Assembly (NCBI GenBank): GCA_013239625.1
Contig: MU053859.1
Coordinates: 1-64,000, forward strand
Length of the DNA stretch: 64,000 bases
DNA from: Lama guanicoe
Lineage: Eukaryota
Direction: 5' to 3'
Made by a program: the position numbers and the translations under genes. Under the pieces are notes generated by a model. It was not told the DNA's origin. It ran no database searches and saw nothing but the letters and a program-made list of their open reading frames with translations. Below, piece after piece: positions 48,184 through 62,110 of this stretch. Position 1 is the first letter of the stretch. The number at the start of each line of letters is the position of its first letter.

Positions 48184-48670
48184 TGTCTTCTGGATTAAAT
48201 TATGAGCCTGGAAGGATATGTTGAAATCCTTATCCCCAGGGCTTCAGACTGTGACCTTACTTGGAAATATAAACCACCGCGCTAAACATAATAGTTAAGA
48301 TAAAATCATTTGGATGAGCCTTAATCTCTTTATGACTAGTGTTGCTATGAGAAGAAATTTGGATTCAGTGACAGACACTAACAAAGGGAACACTATGAAG
48401 ACAAAATGAGGAAAGGATAGCTGTGTGACTGAAGTGATGTGTCTATGCGCCAAGGAATGCTGAGGATTGCCGCCAGCCTTTGCCAGGTGCTAGAAGAGAC
48501 AAGAAAGGACAAGAAAGGCTTCTCCCCTAGAACCGTCTGCCAAAGCATGACCCAACAGACGCATTGATCTTGGGCTTCCAGTCTTCAAAACTGTGAGACA
48601 ATAAACCTCTGTTGTTCTAAATCATTCAGTTTGTGGTACTTTGTTACGGCAGCACTAGCAAACTAGTACA
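48184..48670 (+). mobile_element. MaLR LTR (MLT1-like)
   Basis: actgtgagacaataaacctctgttg...gtggtactttgttacggcagcactagcaaactagtaca. Confidence 0.75.
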
Positions 48671-48959
48671 TTGTATTATCAACGTCAGTTTATCTTCATT
48701 TCTGCGTTTTATTTTTCTCATATACAAGCCTGACCAGGAATGTCTGTTTCTTGTTTCAGGGTCCATCTGCAAATTAAGGAAAATGCATTTTCTCATCCTC
48801 TCTTCTCAGTCAAATCTAGTTTTATCTATCACTCCACAAAACTGCACAAAAGCATCTCTCACTGTATCACCCCACCCACCCAGGTCGTTACTGCTGTAGC
48901 CGGTGAGCTTGCTACAGTAATGTCCTATCAAGCAGCCTGTAACATTGCTTTTTTATTTT

Positions 48960-50510
48960 CCTTTGCTCTTTTATTGAGGTGCATAGCTGATTTACAATAT
49001 TGTATTAGTTTTAGGTGTGCAACGTATGATTCAAAATATTTATAGATTATACCCCATTGCAAGTTATTATAAAATATCGGCTATATATATATACCCTTGT
49101 AGCTTATTTATACATAGTAGTTTGTACCTCTTAATTCTCTACCTCTATCTTACCCCTCCTCCTTCCCTCTTTCTGCTGGTAGCCACTTGTTTGTTTTCTA
49201 TATTCGTGAGTCTGCTTCTGTTTCGTTATAGACGTTCATTTGTTTTATTGTTTAGATTCCACATGTAAGGGATAACATACGGTATTTGTGTGTTTCTGTC
49301 TGACTTATTTCACTAAACATAACATGCTCCAGGTCCATCCACGTTGTTGCAAATGGCAAAATTTCATCCTTTCTTAGGCTGGGTAAGATTCCATTGTGTG
49401 TATGTATATATACATCTTTATCCATTCATTTGTTGATGGACACAGTTTGCTTCTGTATCTTGTCTGTTGTGAATAATGCTATGATGAACTTTGGGGTGGG
49501 TGGCTTTTTTCCAATTAGTATTTTCATTTTCTTTGTATAGGTATCAGGGGTGGATTTCCATGTGACTGCACCAATTTATATTCCCACCAACAGCGTAGTA
49601 GGGTTTCTTTTTCTCTATATCCTTTCTGACACTGTATACTTTTTGATGACAGCCATTCTAACAAGTGTGACGTGATGACTCCCTGTGGATTTGATTTGCA
49701 GTTCTTTAATGATTAGTGATGTTGAGCATCTTTTCATGTGTCTGGAAGCCATCTGTTTGCTTCTTTGGAAAAATGTCTATTCTGGTCTTCTGTCCATTTT
49801 TTCATTGGATTGCTTCTTTTTATTTTAATTGAGTTGTATGAACTGTTTATACATTTTCGATATTAAATCTTTATCAGTCATATCATTTGCAAATATTTTC
49901 TCTTTTTATTTTGTCTGTAGTTTCCTTTGCTGTGCAAAAGCTTTCAAGTTTAATTAGGTTCCTTCGTTTATTTTTGCTTTTGTTTCCTTTGCTTTAGGAG
50001 ACAGGACCAAAAAATTATTGCTACAATTTATGGCAGCCATGTTTTCTTCTAGGAGTTGTACGGTTTCCACCCTTAAATTTAGGTGTTTAATCCATTTTGA
50101 GTTTATTTTTGTATATAGCATGAGAAAATGTTCTAATTTAATTCATATGCATATAGCTGTCCAGTTTTTCCAGCACCACTTATTGAAGAGACTGTCTTTT
50201 CTCCATTGCATATCCTTACCTCTTTTGTTGTAGATTAATTGCCCATACGTGCATGGGTTTATTTCTGCGCCCTCTACTCTGTTCCGTTCATCTCCATGTC
50301 CGTTTTTGTGCCAGTACCATACTGCTTTGATTACTGTCACTCTGTAGGCTGATCTGAAGTTGGGGTTTGTGATACCTCCAGCTTTGTTCTCTTTTCTCAT
50401 GATCGCCTTGACAATTCAGGGTGTTTCATGATTCCATATAAATTTTAGAATTATTTGTCCTAGTTTTGTGAAAAATCTCGTGTATTTTGATAGGAATTTC
50501 ATTAAATCTG
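48960..50510 (-). mobile_element. LINE-1 ORF2 C-terminal region and 3'UTR
   Basis: ORF 50143-50400 ENKAGGIT...VWYWHKN...DSLFNKWCWKNW is L1 ORF2. Confidence 0.9.
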
Positions 50511-51805
50511 GAACTTGTTGGTGTAAAGTTTAGTCAAGCTCAGGGGAGTGTTAAGTCCATCCTGGTCATTCCCCACAAAGTATTAACTGATCACAAACAA
50601 AAAAGGGTCACTTTACAGTAAGGTCTGGCAAGCATCCCATTAATCATGTGGACAAAATGAATATTATCAAGAATAGAACATATAAAACCATGTACTCTCT
50701 GAGAGGATGCAGAGAGAAGAACAGAGCTTCACCACACCACTCCTCTACTAGTCCTGCCAAGAAGGCATAACTTGAATAGTATCATGAGAAATAATCAGAT
50801 AAATTTAAATTGAAGAATATTTTACAGAATAGCCAACTTGCAGTAGTTGAAAGTGTCATATTATGCATTTCAAGGAAAGTTAAGGAACTTTCTCTAGATG
50901 GAAAGGGATCAAAGAGGCATAATGACTAAATGCAGAAAATGAATCTAAGCTGGATGTTTTATTCAAAAAACACATTATTTTGACAATTGGCAAAGCTCAA
51001 AGAGAGTTAGAGATGACAGTACTGCATCAGTATTGAGTGGTTAATTTTGATAATTGTGTTGTAACTAAGTAGAGGATTTGGGGGGTACGAAGTATACACA
51101 AAAGTAATGATACTTAAAATTTTACAATGAAAGGCATCAATTTGGCAGCTAACTCTCAAGAGCTTTGGGGAAAAGGAAAGTTCTTTTTCTGTACCTGTAA
51201 TTTCCTCATAAATTTGTGGTCGTTTCTAAATGTAGATAAAAATTGTATAAAGTCTAAAGCAAACAAACAACATATTTAACGCTTTTCCCCCAGAATGCCC
51301 AGTTTTAAGGTTTACATCATAGAAATAAAAGTGCTATGACTTAAAAAGATATTCATGGTATTTACTGCAGCATAGTTTTTAGTGGCCAAAACCTGGAAGC
51401 AAAGTTAATTCTCATCAATAAAGGAGTTAAAAATGTATAAATCCACCCTAAAATGCAACTCAGAACTATATGAAATTTCCATACGATATTGTTGAGAATT
51501 TTAAAAAGCAAGATACAGAAAAGCAGACATAATTTGATCACATTTGTTGTAAAACATAAAGTGAGCTAAAGCATGAATACAAGTGCATGGGTTCACACTA
51601 GATTATATTATCACACGAAGAATCAGAAGGGTATATTTTAGATTGTTCACAGGAGTTTTTCTGGGGCTAGCGCCCTTGAAGATGATGGAAGGAAACTAGA
51701 GAAGAAATGTTGGTGTTTGATTGCAGTTCAAAATTCTTACTCCTGAAGATTGATATTAGGCAATACACTTTGATCGCTGCTTATTCCACTATCACTTTTA
51801 AAACT

Positions 51806-51914
51806 TTAATACTGGCAGATCCATTTGAAGACACTGCTGCAGGTTTCAGAATAAATTCTGTTTTCCTTGAGGGCAGCACAGCTGTTCTCCTCAGCTGGTC
51901 CTTTTATAAAGAAT
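51806..51914 (-). CDS. KLRF1: KLRF1 exon 6 (CTLD 3)
   Basis: cttctgcag acceptor; FFIKGPAEENSCAALKENRIYSETCSSVFKWICQY then TAA. Confidence 0.95.
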
Positions 51915-54900
51915 CTGCAGAAGAGAAGAGGAACACATTGTTCATCGTTGTCGCTGAGAATATCCATTTGTGTTTTCAGTTGACACTTTCCCTTAGTTAA
52001 AAGATAATTCAGGTATTCAAGGTATGTTTTAATACCTTGACTCACTGAACATTTCACTGTCTCTGAAATTTAGTATTACTGTCTATGATTGGCAGAGAGT
52101 TCCCGGAGAGTGTGTTTGCAAATGACAGAGTTCAGAATAAATGTGTGCCCATAGTCCTATCCTCCTTTCCATTGTTCCATGTCATCCATTAGATTAAAAA
52201 CTGAGATTAAGGCAGGAAGGCATAGCTCCGTGGTAGAGCACACGCTTAGCATGCACGAGGTCCTGGGTTCAATCTCCAGTACCTCCCTTAAATAATAAAT
52301 AAACCTAAATTACCTTCCCACCCCCCCAAACAAACAAACTGAGATTAAGTCACATAGACAGCTCACTTAACCTTCTTGGTTTCTCACAGCTAATTGTACA
52401 ATAGAGATAATATTTACCTCACGTTATTGTTATAGAAGTTAAATGAATTGATGTTTGTAAAGAACGCAATACACAAACTGACCCAGGTAAGCCCGAAATA
52501 AATTGTACATTTATTGAATGACTTACTCATAAAGCAACATGTCAAATACAATAATAGAGTTATCTATAAAATACTGTAGTATTAGTGATTTATTCTGTTA
52601 GGAATTGATTTAAATTGAGGAATAAGTTCAAGGAAGTATTATGGAAGAGGTACAGATGATCATCAAAGCGTCTAGATTAACAGTAGAAAAGAAAGGACTG
52701 AATTTTCGTATTGAAAAATACACTGTGCCCACTTCTAGATTCGAATTTTGATTTGAATATGTTTGAACAAAAATCCCTAGGCACGGTCTAGAGTGAAAAC
52801 TCAATTCTAAAGGCAGAGCTGAGTAAATTTGGCACGAGAAGAAAACGTAGGTTAGGATCCTTCTAGGTAGCTGATCGGGTAGCGCTCAGTGATACAGCTC
52901 TCCCCTCAGGTAACGCACGTCCGCGATTCTGTTCTCCATTCCAAATAATGTCCTTAATTGACCTCCTTGGATTGGTGAATTTAGGGCAGTGAGATAGAAA
53001 GTAAGCAATATTTAATGATGAAATAAGGCTGAAGGGACAATAACAGGACAGTGTACAGTAAGTTGGTTACCATAGTGAATAAGTTTCTTATCACTGCTGT
53101 AATAAATTACCACAAATCCAGTGGCTTAAAACAACCCAAATTTGTTACCTCACAGTGCTAGGTATCAGAAGTCCAAAACTGGTCTCAAAGGATTAGAATC
53201 AAATGTCTGCTGAGCTGCCTTCTGCAGGCACTCGGGGGAAATTTGCTCATCCCCTTTTGCAGCTGCTCAAGGCTGCCTGTGCTCCCTGGATACCAGTCAT
53301 ATGACTTGGACTTCTGTGTGTATCTTTATATCTCCTCTGACCCTGCCCCTACTCACTCCCTCTTATAAGGACTCTTGTGATTACACTGAATCCACCAAAA
53401 TAATCCAGCATAATACTTCTATCCCAATATTATTAATTTAATCACATTTGTGAAATCTCTTTGCATGTAAGGTGATGTATTCACAGGATCTGGGGATTAG
53501 GCCATGGACATTTTGGGGGGACCATTATTCTACCTACCAACATAGAGATAAGATTTGAGTTTACTAGTGAACATATTTGTATTTCTAATTAACTATTTGA
53601 TTATAAAATTAACACGAGCACACACAAACATTCATAAAATTTTAAAAATCTCAATAATCTCATGCAACTGTTGAGAGAATTTTGGATAATTTTGTTCTGT
53701 CTTGTATTTCTTGTTTGTTTTTTAACATTATTATAATTGCACAATACAAACAATTGTACACATTTTTTAAATTACTAAAGATTATTTTTAAAAAGCATTG
53801 AGAACTTTGAAAACAGAAAACTACATTGGTTCAATCCACCTTTTCATAGAAATTGTGTGTAGTTTTTAAACAATAAGTGCACAACCATTATGGTTTTCAA
53901 ATTCTTTTGCTTGGAAAACCAAACCAAAATATCCATCGTTACTCCAGCGAACATTAAATTAATTTTCATCCTTTGAAATTCTTTAGTCCCAAGAACTATT
54001 TCTGAGTTGATTTTGGTGGACTTATATTAAGAAGATAAGTTCCATGATAGACAATAAAATCAGATTGCCTTCCTGGAAGGACTCACATCTTTGGATCTAA
54101 TGGAGAATCATCCACCCAGGTCCACGTCTTCTTCAGGGAGGTAAAGTTAAGTCCAATCCACACGTAGTTTGACTGTTTTAGAGTTTTCTGTATAAAAGCC
54201 TAAAAAGTGGGTGATGAGTAACTAAATGAACAGAATATTTTAGCAATTTACATACACTAAGTAAGATTTTAGAATTTTATTAGACAACTAACACTCTTGC
54301 ATAAGGATTCTTATACTGATCAATTCATATCTTGTTCACACATACATTATATATTATATAAGTACACTTCTTGCAAATTGAATGCAAATCTTCAGACCAG
54401 AATTAGCGTGTTTTAAGTGGGGCACTGGCTGTGTGCACAAAATTTCAAAGGACACCAAAAACTCAGTAATCAAGATTAAAAGAAAATGTAATGAAAAGGT
54501 GGGAAGAAATTAAATGAATTTAATGAATTTAATTTAATGAAATGGTGGGAAGATAAGCTATTTTTAACTGTAAAGAGGCTAATGGCATAACCATGAGACT
54601 CAACCACTTACCATTTCAAGTTGGTCCTGAATAATTAGTAGGTGAGATTTTCTTCCCAAACAGTATCCATAACTGTCATTCCAACTTTTCATCTCATTAG
54701 AGAACCAATAACACTTTTCTTGATATTTGAGCCATTCTGAAGGGCACATTGCTATAAAATTAACAGTGAGAATACTTACATGTTGCAGGAAAAAGAGTGG
54801 ATCAATGATAAAATCACTCATAACAACGTGTTCAGACTCACAAGGTGTCCAAAATACAAACGATAATTCATGGGAATTAAGGAAATTAAATTAGTAAAAC

Positions 54901-57900
54901 CTTGATGTAAAAGGACTTTTTTCTCATCATAATCTGATTACTAAAATAACATGAACCAATTATGATATATATTGCATTAATGCTATTTGAGAGATTAGAT
55001 AAAATATTATCTATGTCACTTGCTTAGAATTTATCCGTATGAAGTTACAGAATCCCTCTTATTGTTTCATGTGTTTAAATCATTCTCTAATATCTCCCTT
55101 TTAATATTAAGTAATGTTGAGATAAATAATAGTTTTTTTTCCAACCTGTATAATTGCAGTTCATCAAGTCTTTTGACTTTCTTAAATTTAAGTTGAGGTC
55201 TTCTCAAATTGAAAATATCTGAGACTTTCAGAATAAGAATGAGGGGAAAATATGATATAATTTAAAATAAAAGCACATACCAAAGTCAGACTTGTGGCCA
55301 TGACAATCTCCTTTTTTTTTTTTATTGAGATAAAAAATGTGATACAAAATTCACCATGTTAACTACTTTCAAGTACAAATGCCATGGGTTTTAGGGCATC
55401 CACAAGGTGTGCAAATCTGACTACTATCTCACTCCAAAATATTTTTAGCACCCCAAATGAAGCCCCATAAATAATGAGCAGTACCCATTCTGCCAACCCT
55501 GAATCTTGGCAATCACTAATCTGCTTTCTGTATTTGACTGTGATGGATATGACAATGACTTTCTGATTTGACAATAATGGATGTTTTATATATGTGGGAT
55601 TGTATCATGTTTAGCTTTCTGTGACGGTTTTTTCAGTGAGCATGTTTTCAAGGTTCATTCAGTTGAAGCATGTATCAGTAGTTTATTCCAATTTTTTTAA
55701 CTGAGTTGTTTGTCTTTTTCTGGAGATATAAGAGTTATTTCAATATACTGGATAGTAGACACCCATTTGATACATGATTCACAAGTATTTTTCCCGTTAA
55801 ATCTGCTGTCTTTTCAATTTCTTTAAATGTCCTTTAGTGAACAAATGTCTTTACTTTTGATGGTATCCACTTTATCTATTTTTTTCTTTTGTCACCTGTG
55901 TTTTTGATCTCATATTTGAAATCACTGCCCAATTGAAAGTTACAAAGATTTACATTTATTTTTTCCTTGTAAAAATTGCATAGTTTAGCTCTTACATTTA
56001 GGTCTTTGATCCATTTTGAATTGATTTTTTGATATTGTATGAGTTAGGTGTCCAGATTCATTCTCTGCGTGTGAATGTCCAGTCGACCTAGCCCCACTCA
56101 TTGAAAAGACTGTTCATTTCACATTAAATGGTTGTGGCACCCTTGTGAAAAATCATTTGATCATAGATGTATGGGCTTAATTCTGAATCTTCAATTCTAT
56201 TCCATTGACCTTTTGTCTAGCCTAAGTCCAGTACGACACTGGTTTTATTACTGTAGATTTGTAGTAAGTTTTGACATTGGAAAATGTGAGTCTTTCAAAT
56301 TCATTATTCTTTTTCAAGATTATTTTGCTCTTCAGGTGTTCATTTCCACAAAAAAGACCATTGGAATTTTGATAGGGATTTCTTTGAATCTAGATAACTT
56401 TGGTTAGTATTTCTATCCTTATACTAACTAATTGTGGTGTATACATACAAGAAAATATTATTCAGTTTAAAAAGGAATAAAGTGCCGATACATGATACAA
56501 CATGGATGAACTTCAGAAACACTCTGCTAAATGAAAGAAGAAAGACACAAAAGGTAGAATATTGTATGATTCCATTATATAAAAATCCAGAATAGGCAAA
56601 TCCATACAGACAAAAGCAGATTAGTCATTATTGGGAGCTAGGGAGAGAGAGAATGGGGAGTAATTGCTTATTGCATATAGGGTTTCTTTTTTAGCTGATG
56701 AAAATGTTTTGGAACTAGATAAATAAATTTGAATGTTTTAATACCATTGAATTGCTTAATTTTAAATGATTAGCTTTATTTTTGCTAGTATTACCTCAAA
56801 TGAAGGAGAAAAATATTTATAGAAAATTAAAATCTCATAGTTCAGTTATACAATATTTTGACTTTAATGAATGCTTAATGGTGTCAATATGATTCTATGT
56901 TTACCTATCAAAGCTTTCTTACCTCTGAAAAGGTTCCATTATGATACACACCTTAATGAAAAATTAGCTGATCAGAGTGTAAAATATATGATAAAATTAC
57001 AATATTTCAATTGGATTAGGACTTGTACATATAAAACTGACACATAAACCAAAAGGAAAGAATGTCAATAAGTAAATCATAATATAAATGAAATTTCCAT
57101 ATGGGATAAGGGAACAAAGCAAACTAGAGGATTAGAGAAAAATCCTTTGATAAATAATTATAAAATAAATTAATCTGTACCTTCCACACATATCATATTA
57201 TCAAATAAATGTTGAAGGTTCAAAGAGTCAAGTGTTCAAAAGTCAAACTAAAAAGTTGCAAGTAGAAAGTTTTCCAAAATTTGTACGATTGGAATTTCTA
57301 CACTTAAAATCGTAGTAGATAATTTGTTAGATATAATTACTTTTACTCATTTAGTATTTCAAGAAAGGATAAATAAGAGACAAAATAGTCATTTAAATGC
57401 TGCCTTATAATCACAATTAACTTTCCATATTTACATGTCTCAACATGATTTTAAACTCTTATAGAACTTCTTTGTTATGTTGTTTACACCTCTCCTCCTA
57501 CTGCAAAAAAATTAAACTATAGGAATCAAATTTTGAGTAAAAAGTAGATTCATACCAAATCTGTGTTGGTTTACTCTCCTGAATACCTATTCAACAGGAT
57601 TTTTCAAACTTAGAAAGTCCAAAAGATGAAAAGTGGTACAGACCAAAGCCTTGAGTGATACCTTTACGGTTTGTAGCTCCTGAAACACAGTGGCCTGCAT
57701 CCTTATTACTTATATTTCCTCTTGTGTCACTATTTGCTTTCAGGTTTCTGATGTCATCGTGCTGGGTGAAATTGGAATTATTTTCTTTTTGGCACCTTAG
57801 CAACACTTCCTGAGAAACTTGAAAACAGGATTATTTTAAGGTTGGGTAAATGTCTTTGTGCAATGTCTCAGATACAGATTATTTGCAATGATGCTAATGA

Positions 57901-58726
57901 TTGGAACAGGGAATAACTGGAGGGATAACTAGAAATTTTCTTATCTTTTTTTTGTTTAAATTAGAATATTGCACAATTAATTCATTGGTAGAACATGTGT
58001 TTGCTGAGGATCTATTCTGTGCAAGCCACTGTCCTCAGAGCAAGTAATGCAGAAGCAAATACAGAAAAATTCCTGTTGCAGGGCTATGCACTCTCTTTTC
58101 AAGCTTACTTAATATTTTGCTGAAACCTGTAATGTTGTATTCAGTCCATTCTACCTTAATTATTTACTTAAAATCAGTTTCTTCCACGAAAATATGGATT
58201 TCTCACCATCACTATTCCTTTACTTTAAATTTGAAAGACTTGTAATGTTTGTAGTAGTTGCTCAGTAAATATTTGGACAAAAACAGGAGTAAACTAAATA
58301 CAATCTTAGGTAAAATGTATAAATTCTTTGAGAAAAAAATAATGGAATTCTATCCACAAACTGCTAAGAAACCTAAAAATATGATTTGCAAATATATTAC
58401 AAACACACACATATTTTTCTCCTAGAAGATCAGATACCACATGAGGAGATAGTTATCTGATTTGACTGCATATTAAATATGTTATTGTGGGATATCATAT
58501 ATTGCTTTATATATAGTAGCTCTTTATTTTATCTTTTTAATATAATGAAGAATGAATGAATATGAAAGAAAAGTCAAGAAAAAAGCAGAAGTTTTTCAAA
58601 GTTTTTGTTTAAGGTCTTATAACTTACCTAACAGAGTCAGGGAGATCAGAGTCAAAGCCAGAATACCATTTACCGCTCCAGATAGCCCCAGGAAGATTTT
58701 GTACCGGTGCAACACCACGGAACAAT
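51806..58726 (-). CDS. KLRF1: KLRF1 (NKp80) gene, exons 2-6, open frame; exon 1 not in window
   Basis: Exons 58628-58726, 57662-57817, 54612-54751, 54087-54199, 51806-51914; SEWLKYQ.KCYWFSNEMKSW, NYVWIGLNFTSLK and SETCSSVFKWICQY* match human NKp80 as recalled. Confidence 0.95.
52212..52335 (+). mobile_element. tRNA-derived SINE in KLRF1 intron 5
   Basis: A/B boxes; exact 14-bp TSD aaactgagattaag at 52198-52211 and 52336-52349. Confidence 0.9.
53076..53542 (-). mobile_element. MaLR LTR (MLT1-like)
   Basis: gctgtaataaattaccacaaa..gtggcttaaaacaac ... ggggattagg..atggacattttggggg. Confidence 0.75.
54087..54199 (-). CDS. KLRF1: KLRF1 exon 5 (CTLD 2)
   Basis: ctttttag acceptor, gtgagt donor; AFIQKTLKQSNYVWIGLNFTSLKKTWTWVDDSPLDPK. 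Confidence 0.94.
54612..54751 (-). CDS. KLRF1: KLRF1 exon 4 (CTLD 1)
   Basis: ttttatag acceptor, gtaagt donor; MCPSEWLKYQEKCYWFSNEMKSWNDSYGYCLGRKSHLLIIQDQLEM. Confidence 0.95.
55310..56800. mobile_element. LINE-1 fragments (minus about 55310-56420, plus about 56430-56800)
   Basis: L1 ORF2 and 3'UTR motifs; boundaries approximate. Confidence 0.7.
57662..57817 (-). CDS. KLRF1: KLRF1 exon 3 (stalk)
   Basis: ttttcaag acceptor, gtatca donor; 156 nt; VSQEVLLRCQKENNSNFTQHDDIRNLKANSDTRGNISNKDAGHCVSGATNRK. Confidence 0.88.
58628..58726 (-). CDS. KLRF1: KLRF1 exon 2 (transmembrane)
   Basis: ctctcag acceptor, gtaagt donor; 99 nt; CSVVLHRYKIFLGLSGAVNGILALTLISLTLL. Confidence 0.92.
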
Positions 58727-59449
58727 CTGAGAGATTAATCACATGAATTAGCTTAGAAAAGTACATTCCTGTGAAGTGATAGCAATTGTAATAATAGGAT
58801 TATATGCGATAATGGTTTTCAATTTCAAAGGATATCAGGCAATAAAAATATAAAATTACGTAAATAGAAAAATACATATTTATTTTATTAGTAATGGTAA
58901 TATTCTGGATGATCAGAATAGTGAGAGTAGAAAAACTACCCTTGAAGTTGCCAAACCCTATCAAGAAAGGGCATAATAAACCATACAGAACAGTAATTCA
59001 GAGAAATAGTACACAGCTCTTCTCTTTGTCTCATGACAAAGATAGTAAAATAAGATTTGTCAGAATTCAGTTAATGAATATCCTGCATTTCCCATATTCC
59101 TTTTGAATAATATAATAACCAATAAATTCCAAAATTTCAACATATGTAATAAAATGCCATCATTTATTTTAAAAATCAAACAAATAATTATCAGAAAACG
59201 TTAGAATAAAGGACATGGAAGCTTGTTCAAATTCAACTCAGACTCAATTATTTCTCCTAGGTATCATGGAATAACCTTTACAGTATGAATTTGAGGCACA
59301 TTAAGACTCAAAATTATGGAGAAAATAACATTTTCATTACGCTATGTTTTATCCTGTAGAGAAGTGGTATAATTTAACTTACAAGGTTAAAACAGAAGTC
59401 TTTTTCCATCAAAAAATTAAAATAATTTAAAAAACAAACCAAAAAACCC

Positions 59450-62110
59450 AATCACTCTTATGAGTGTTCATACAAAAGTCTTAAATATACTAGTAGTAGC
59501 TAAAACATACCATGAGCATGTTGGGTTTGTTCTGGGATTACAAGAGTTTTTAAATAGTAAGAAATCCATTAATATTATATATTAATAGAGTTAAGGGAAA
59601 ATGTATTATCTTCTCAACAGACATAAAAAACATATGATAAAATCCAACAAACGTATGCTAAAAGATAAAGCAGGAATTAATGGATACGTGTTCAATACAA
59701 CAGTTCTTTGCCTAATGAAACTAATATCATATTTAATAGAGAAACATGATAAGCTTTTTCCACAAATGTTTGGAAAAAATTAACTATACTATAAAGGTTA
59801 AAGGAAAAAAGTATTAAAAATAAGTATAATTAAAAGTATAGTAATTCATACATTTATTCACAATATATAAAATATATATTTATATTTTTTATAAAAATAA
59901 GTACAATGGCAACCCCAAAGCAAAACCTACAATAAGCGCACACATTAAAAGAAAAGATAATCAAAGCATACCACTATGAAATCAATTCACAAAGGCAGCA
60001 AGAGAGGAAGAAAGGAACAAGGGAACTAGGAACTACAAAACAGCGGAAAACAGTTAGTAAGCTAGCATTAGTAAGTCCTTACATATCAAGAATCACTCTA
60101 AGTGTAAATGGATTAAATACTCCAATTCAAAGGCCCAGAATGGCTGGATGGATTAAAACAAAAAAAAGACCCAACTACATGTTGCCTACAAGAGACTTTA
60201 GCTTTAAGGACACACATAGGCACCCAGAGAACGGATAGAAAAAATACATTCAATGCAAATGGAAACTAAAAGAAAGCAGAAGTAGCTAAACTTACATCAG
60301 ACAAAATCTGCAACAAAAAAAGTTCATTACATAATAATAACTAAGATTGAATTATTAATTTAAAAAATCCCCCAAGAAAAAATATTTGACAATCATCTAT
60401 CTGATAAAGGGTTAAGACTCAAAATATATAAGGGACTCTACAACTCAAAAAATTCTATTAAAAAAATGGGCAGAGGATCTGAGTAGACAGTTTTCTAAAG
60501 CCATACAAATGGCCAAGTACGTGATCATCAAGGAAATGTAAACAAAACCATAATGAGATATCACCTCACATCTGGCATGGCTGTTATGGAAGACAAGAGA
60601 TAACAAGTGTAGGTGAGGATGTGAAGGAAGGGGATGCTGCATCCAGCAGAGCTCAGGGCCGTGTCTGAGGACTGCGACGCAAGACTTAAGAAACAAAGAG
60701 ACAAAGTAAAGAGCAAAGATGGAACCAGGGGACTCAAGATCTTGTGGATCTAGAGCACCAAAAGCCTGGTCGACATCATATTTATTAGGGTGGGATGTAT
60801 ACACAGCTCAGAAAAAAATGCCATCAAAGAGGTGGGGCTTTAGATATTCCATGCGATAAGCACTAAGTTCTGCTTGCTGATGAACTGATTAATTTCAGGC
60901 CTATCCCTTCCAGGAACAATCACCCTCCTCGGGTGTTTGCAATATGCAAAATTTCTAAGTCTATCCTGTTAGCGCCTCCAGGACATCTCGAGATAGCAAA
61001 TATTTCCCCTGGGCTTAACCACATGCTTTCAGGCCAGAACAAAGTTCTGTTAATGGATGATCTGGCTTTCCAGGAAGGTCCATTGTTTTACCCTAAGGAA
61101 ATATTTGCCCTCCTTCCTGTCTTTATGGTCAGTCTCAGGATTGCTCACCACAAACTTTCTTTAGCATAATACGTGTTATAGGTCATCTACTGCGTAAAAC
61201 ATTAAAACAAAGCAAGTATGTGCATTTTAAGCAAGTAAGTGTGAATATAATATTTTAAGCTCATGGAAATTTAGGTGCGGCTTGTTTTCCAGCAGCTTGT
61301 TTCCCAGCAAGAGGACACTTGCACACTGTTGGTGAAAGTGTTAAAGTGTGAAGCCACTATGGGAAACAATATGAAAGTTCCTCAAAAAAGTAAAAATAAA
61401 ACTACCATGTGACACAGCAATCCCACGTGTGAGTGTATTCAAATGAACTGAAATCAGTATCTTGAAGAGTTGTTTGCACTCTTGTGTTCACTGTAGCATT
61501 ATTCCCAGTAGCCAAGATAGGGAAGCAATCCACATGTCCACCTACAAATGAATGGATAAAACAAGGTGGGGTATGTACATATACCATGAAGTATTATTCA
61601 GCAATGAGTGAAAAGGAAATTCTGCTATTTGGGGCAACGTGGATGGGACCTGAAGGCAGTGTGCTAAGTGAAGTAAGTCAGACAGAGAAATACACACACT
61701 GTCTGATATCACTCATATGTGGAATCTGAAAAAAGCTGAACTTACAGAACCGGAGAGTAGAAGGCTGGCTGCCTAGAGTGGGGCAAATGGGGCAATGTTA
61801 GTTCAAGAGTACAAACTTTCAGTTCAAGATGAATAATGTCTAAGGATCTACTGTACAGTATGATGACTATATTTAACATTGCTGTATTATATATTCGAAA
61901 GTTGCTAAAAGAGAAGATCTTAGTTGTTCTTACCGCAAAAAAGAAATGCTAATTATGTAAGTTGATGGATTTGTTGACTAACCCTACAGTGGTAATCATT
62001 TTGCAGTATATAAGCGTATCAAATCATCATGTTGTACACCTTAAATTTATGCATATATATATGTGTATATATATTTATATATCAAGTATATCTCAATAAA
62101 GGTGGAAGAA
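59450..62110 (+). mobile_element. LINE-1 fragments in KLRF1 intron 1, interrupted by an LTR
   Basis: Endonuclease-start motif (tgtaaatggattaaatactccaat) and ORF2 C-terminus (MFTVALF..AK..KQ..CP...EWIK). Confidence 0.8.
60635..61309 (-). mobile_element. Solo LTR, probably ERV2/beta-like
   Basis: TG...CA termini, 6-bp near-TSD agggga/agagga, AATAAA on minus strand at 60786-60781; splits contiguous L1 sequence. Confidence 0.7.
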
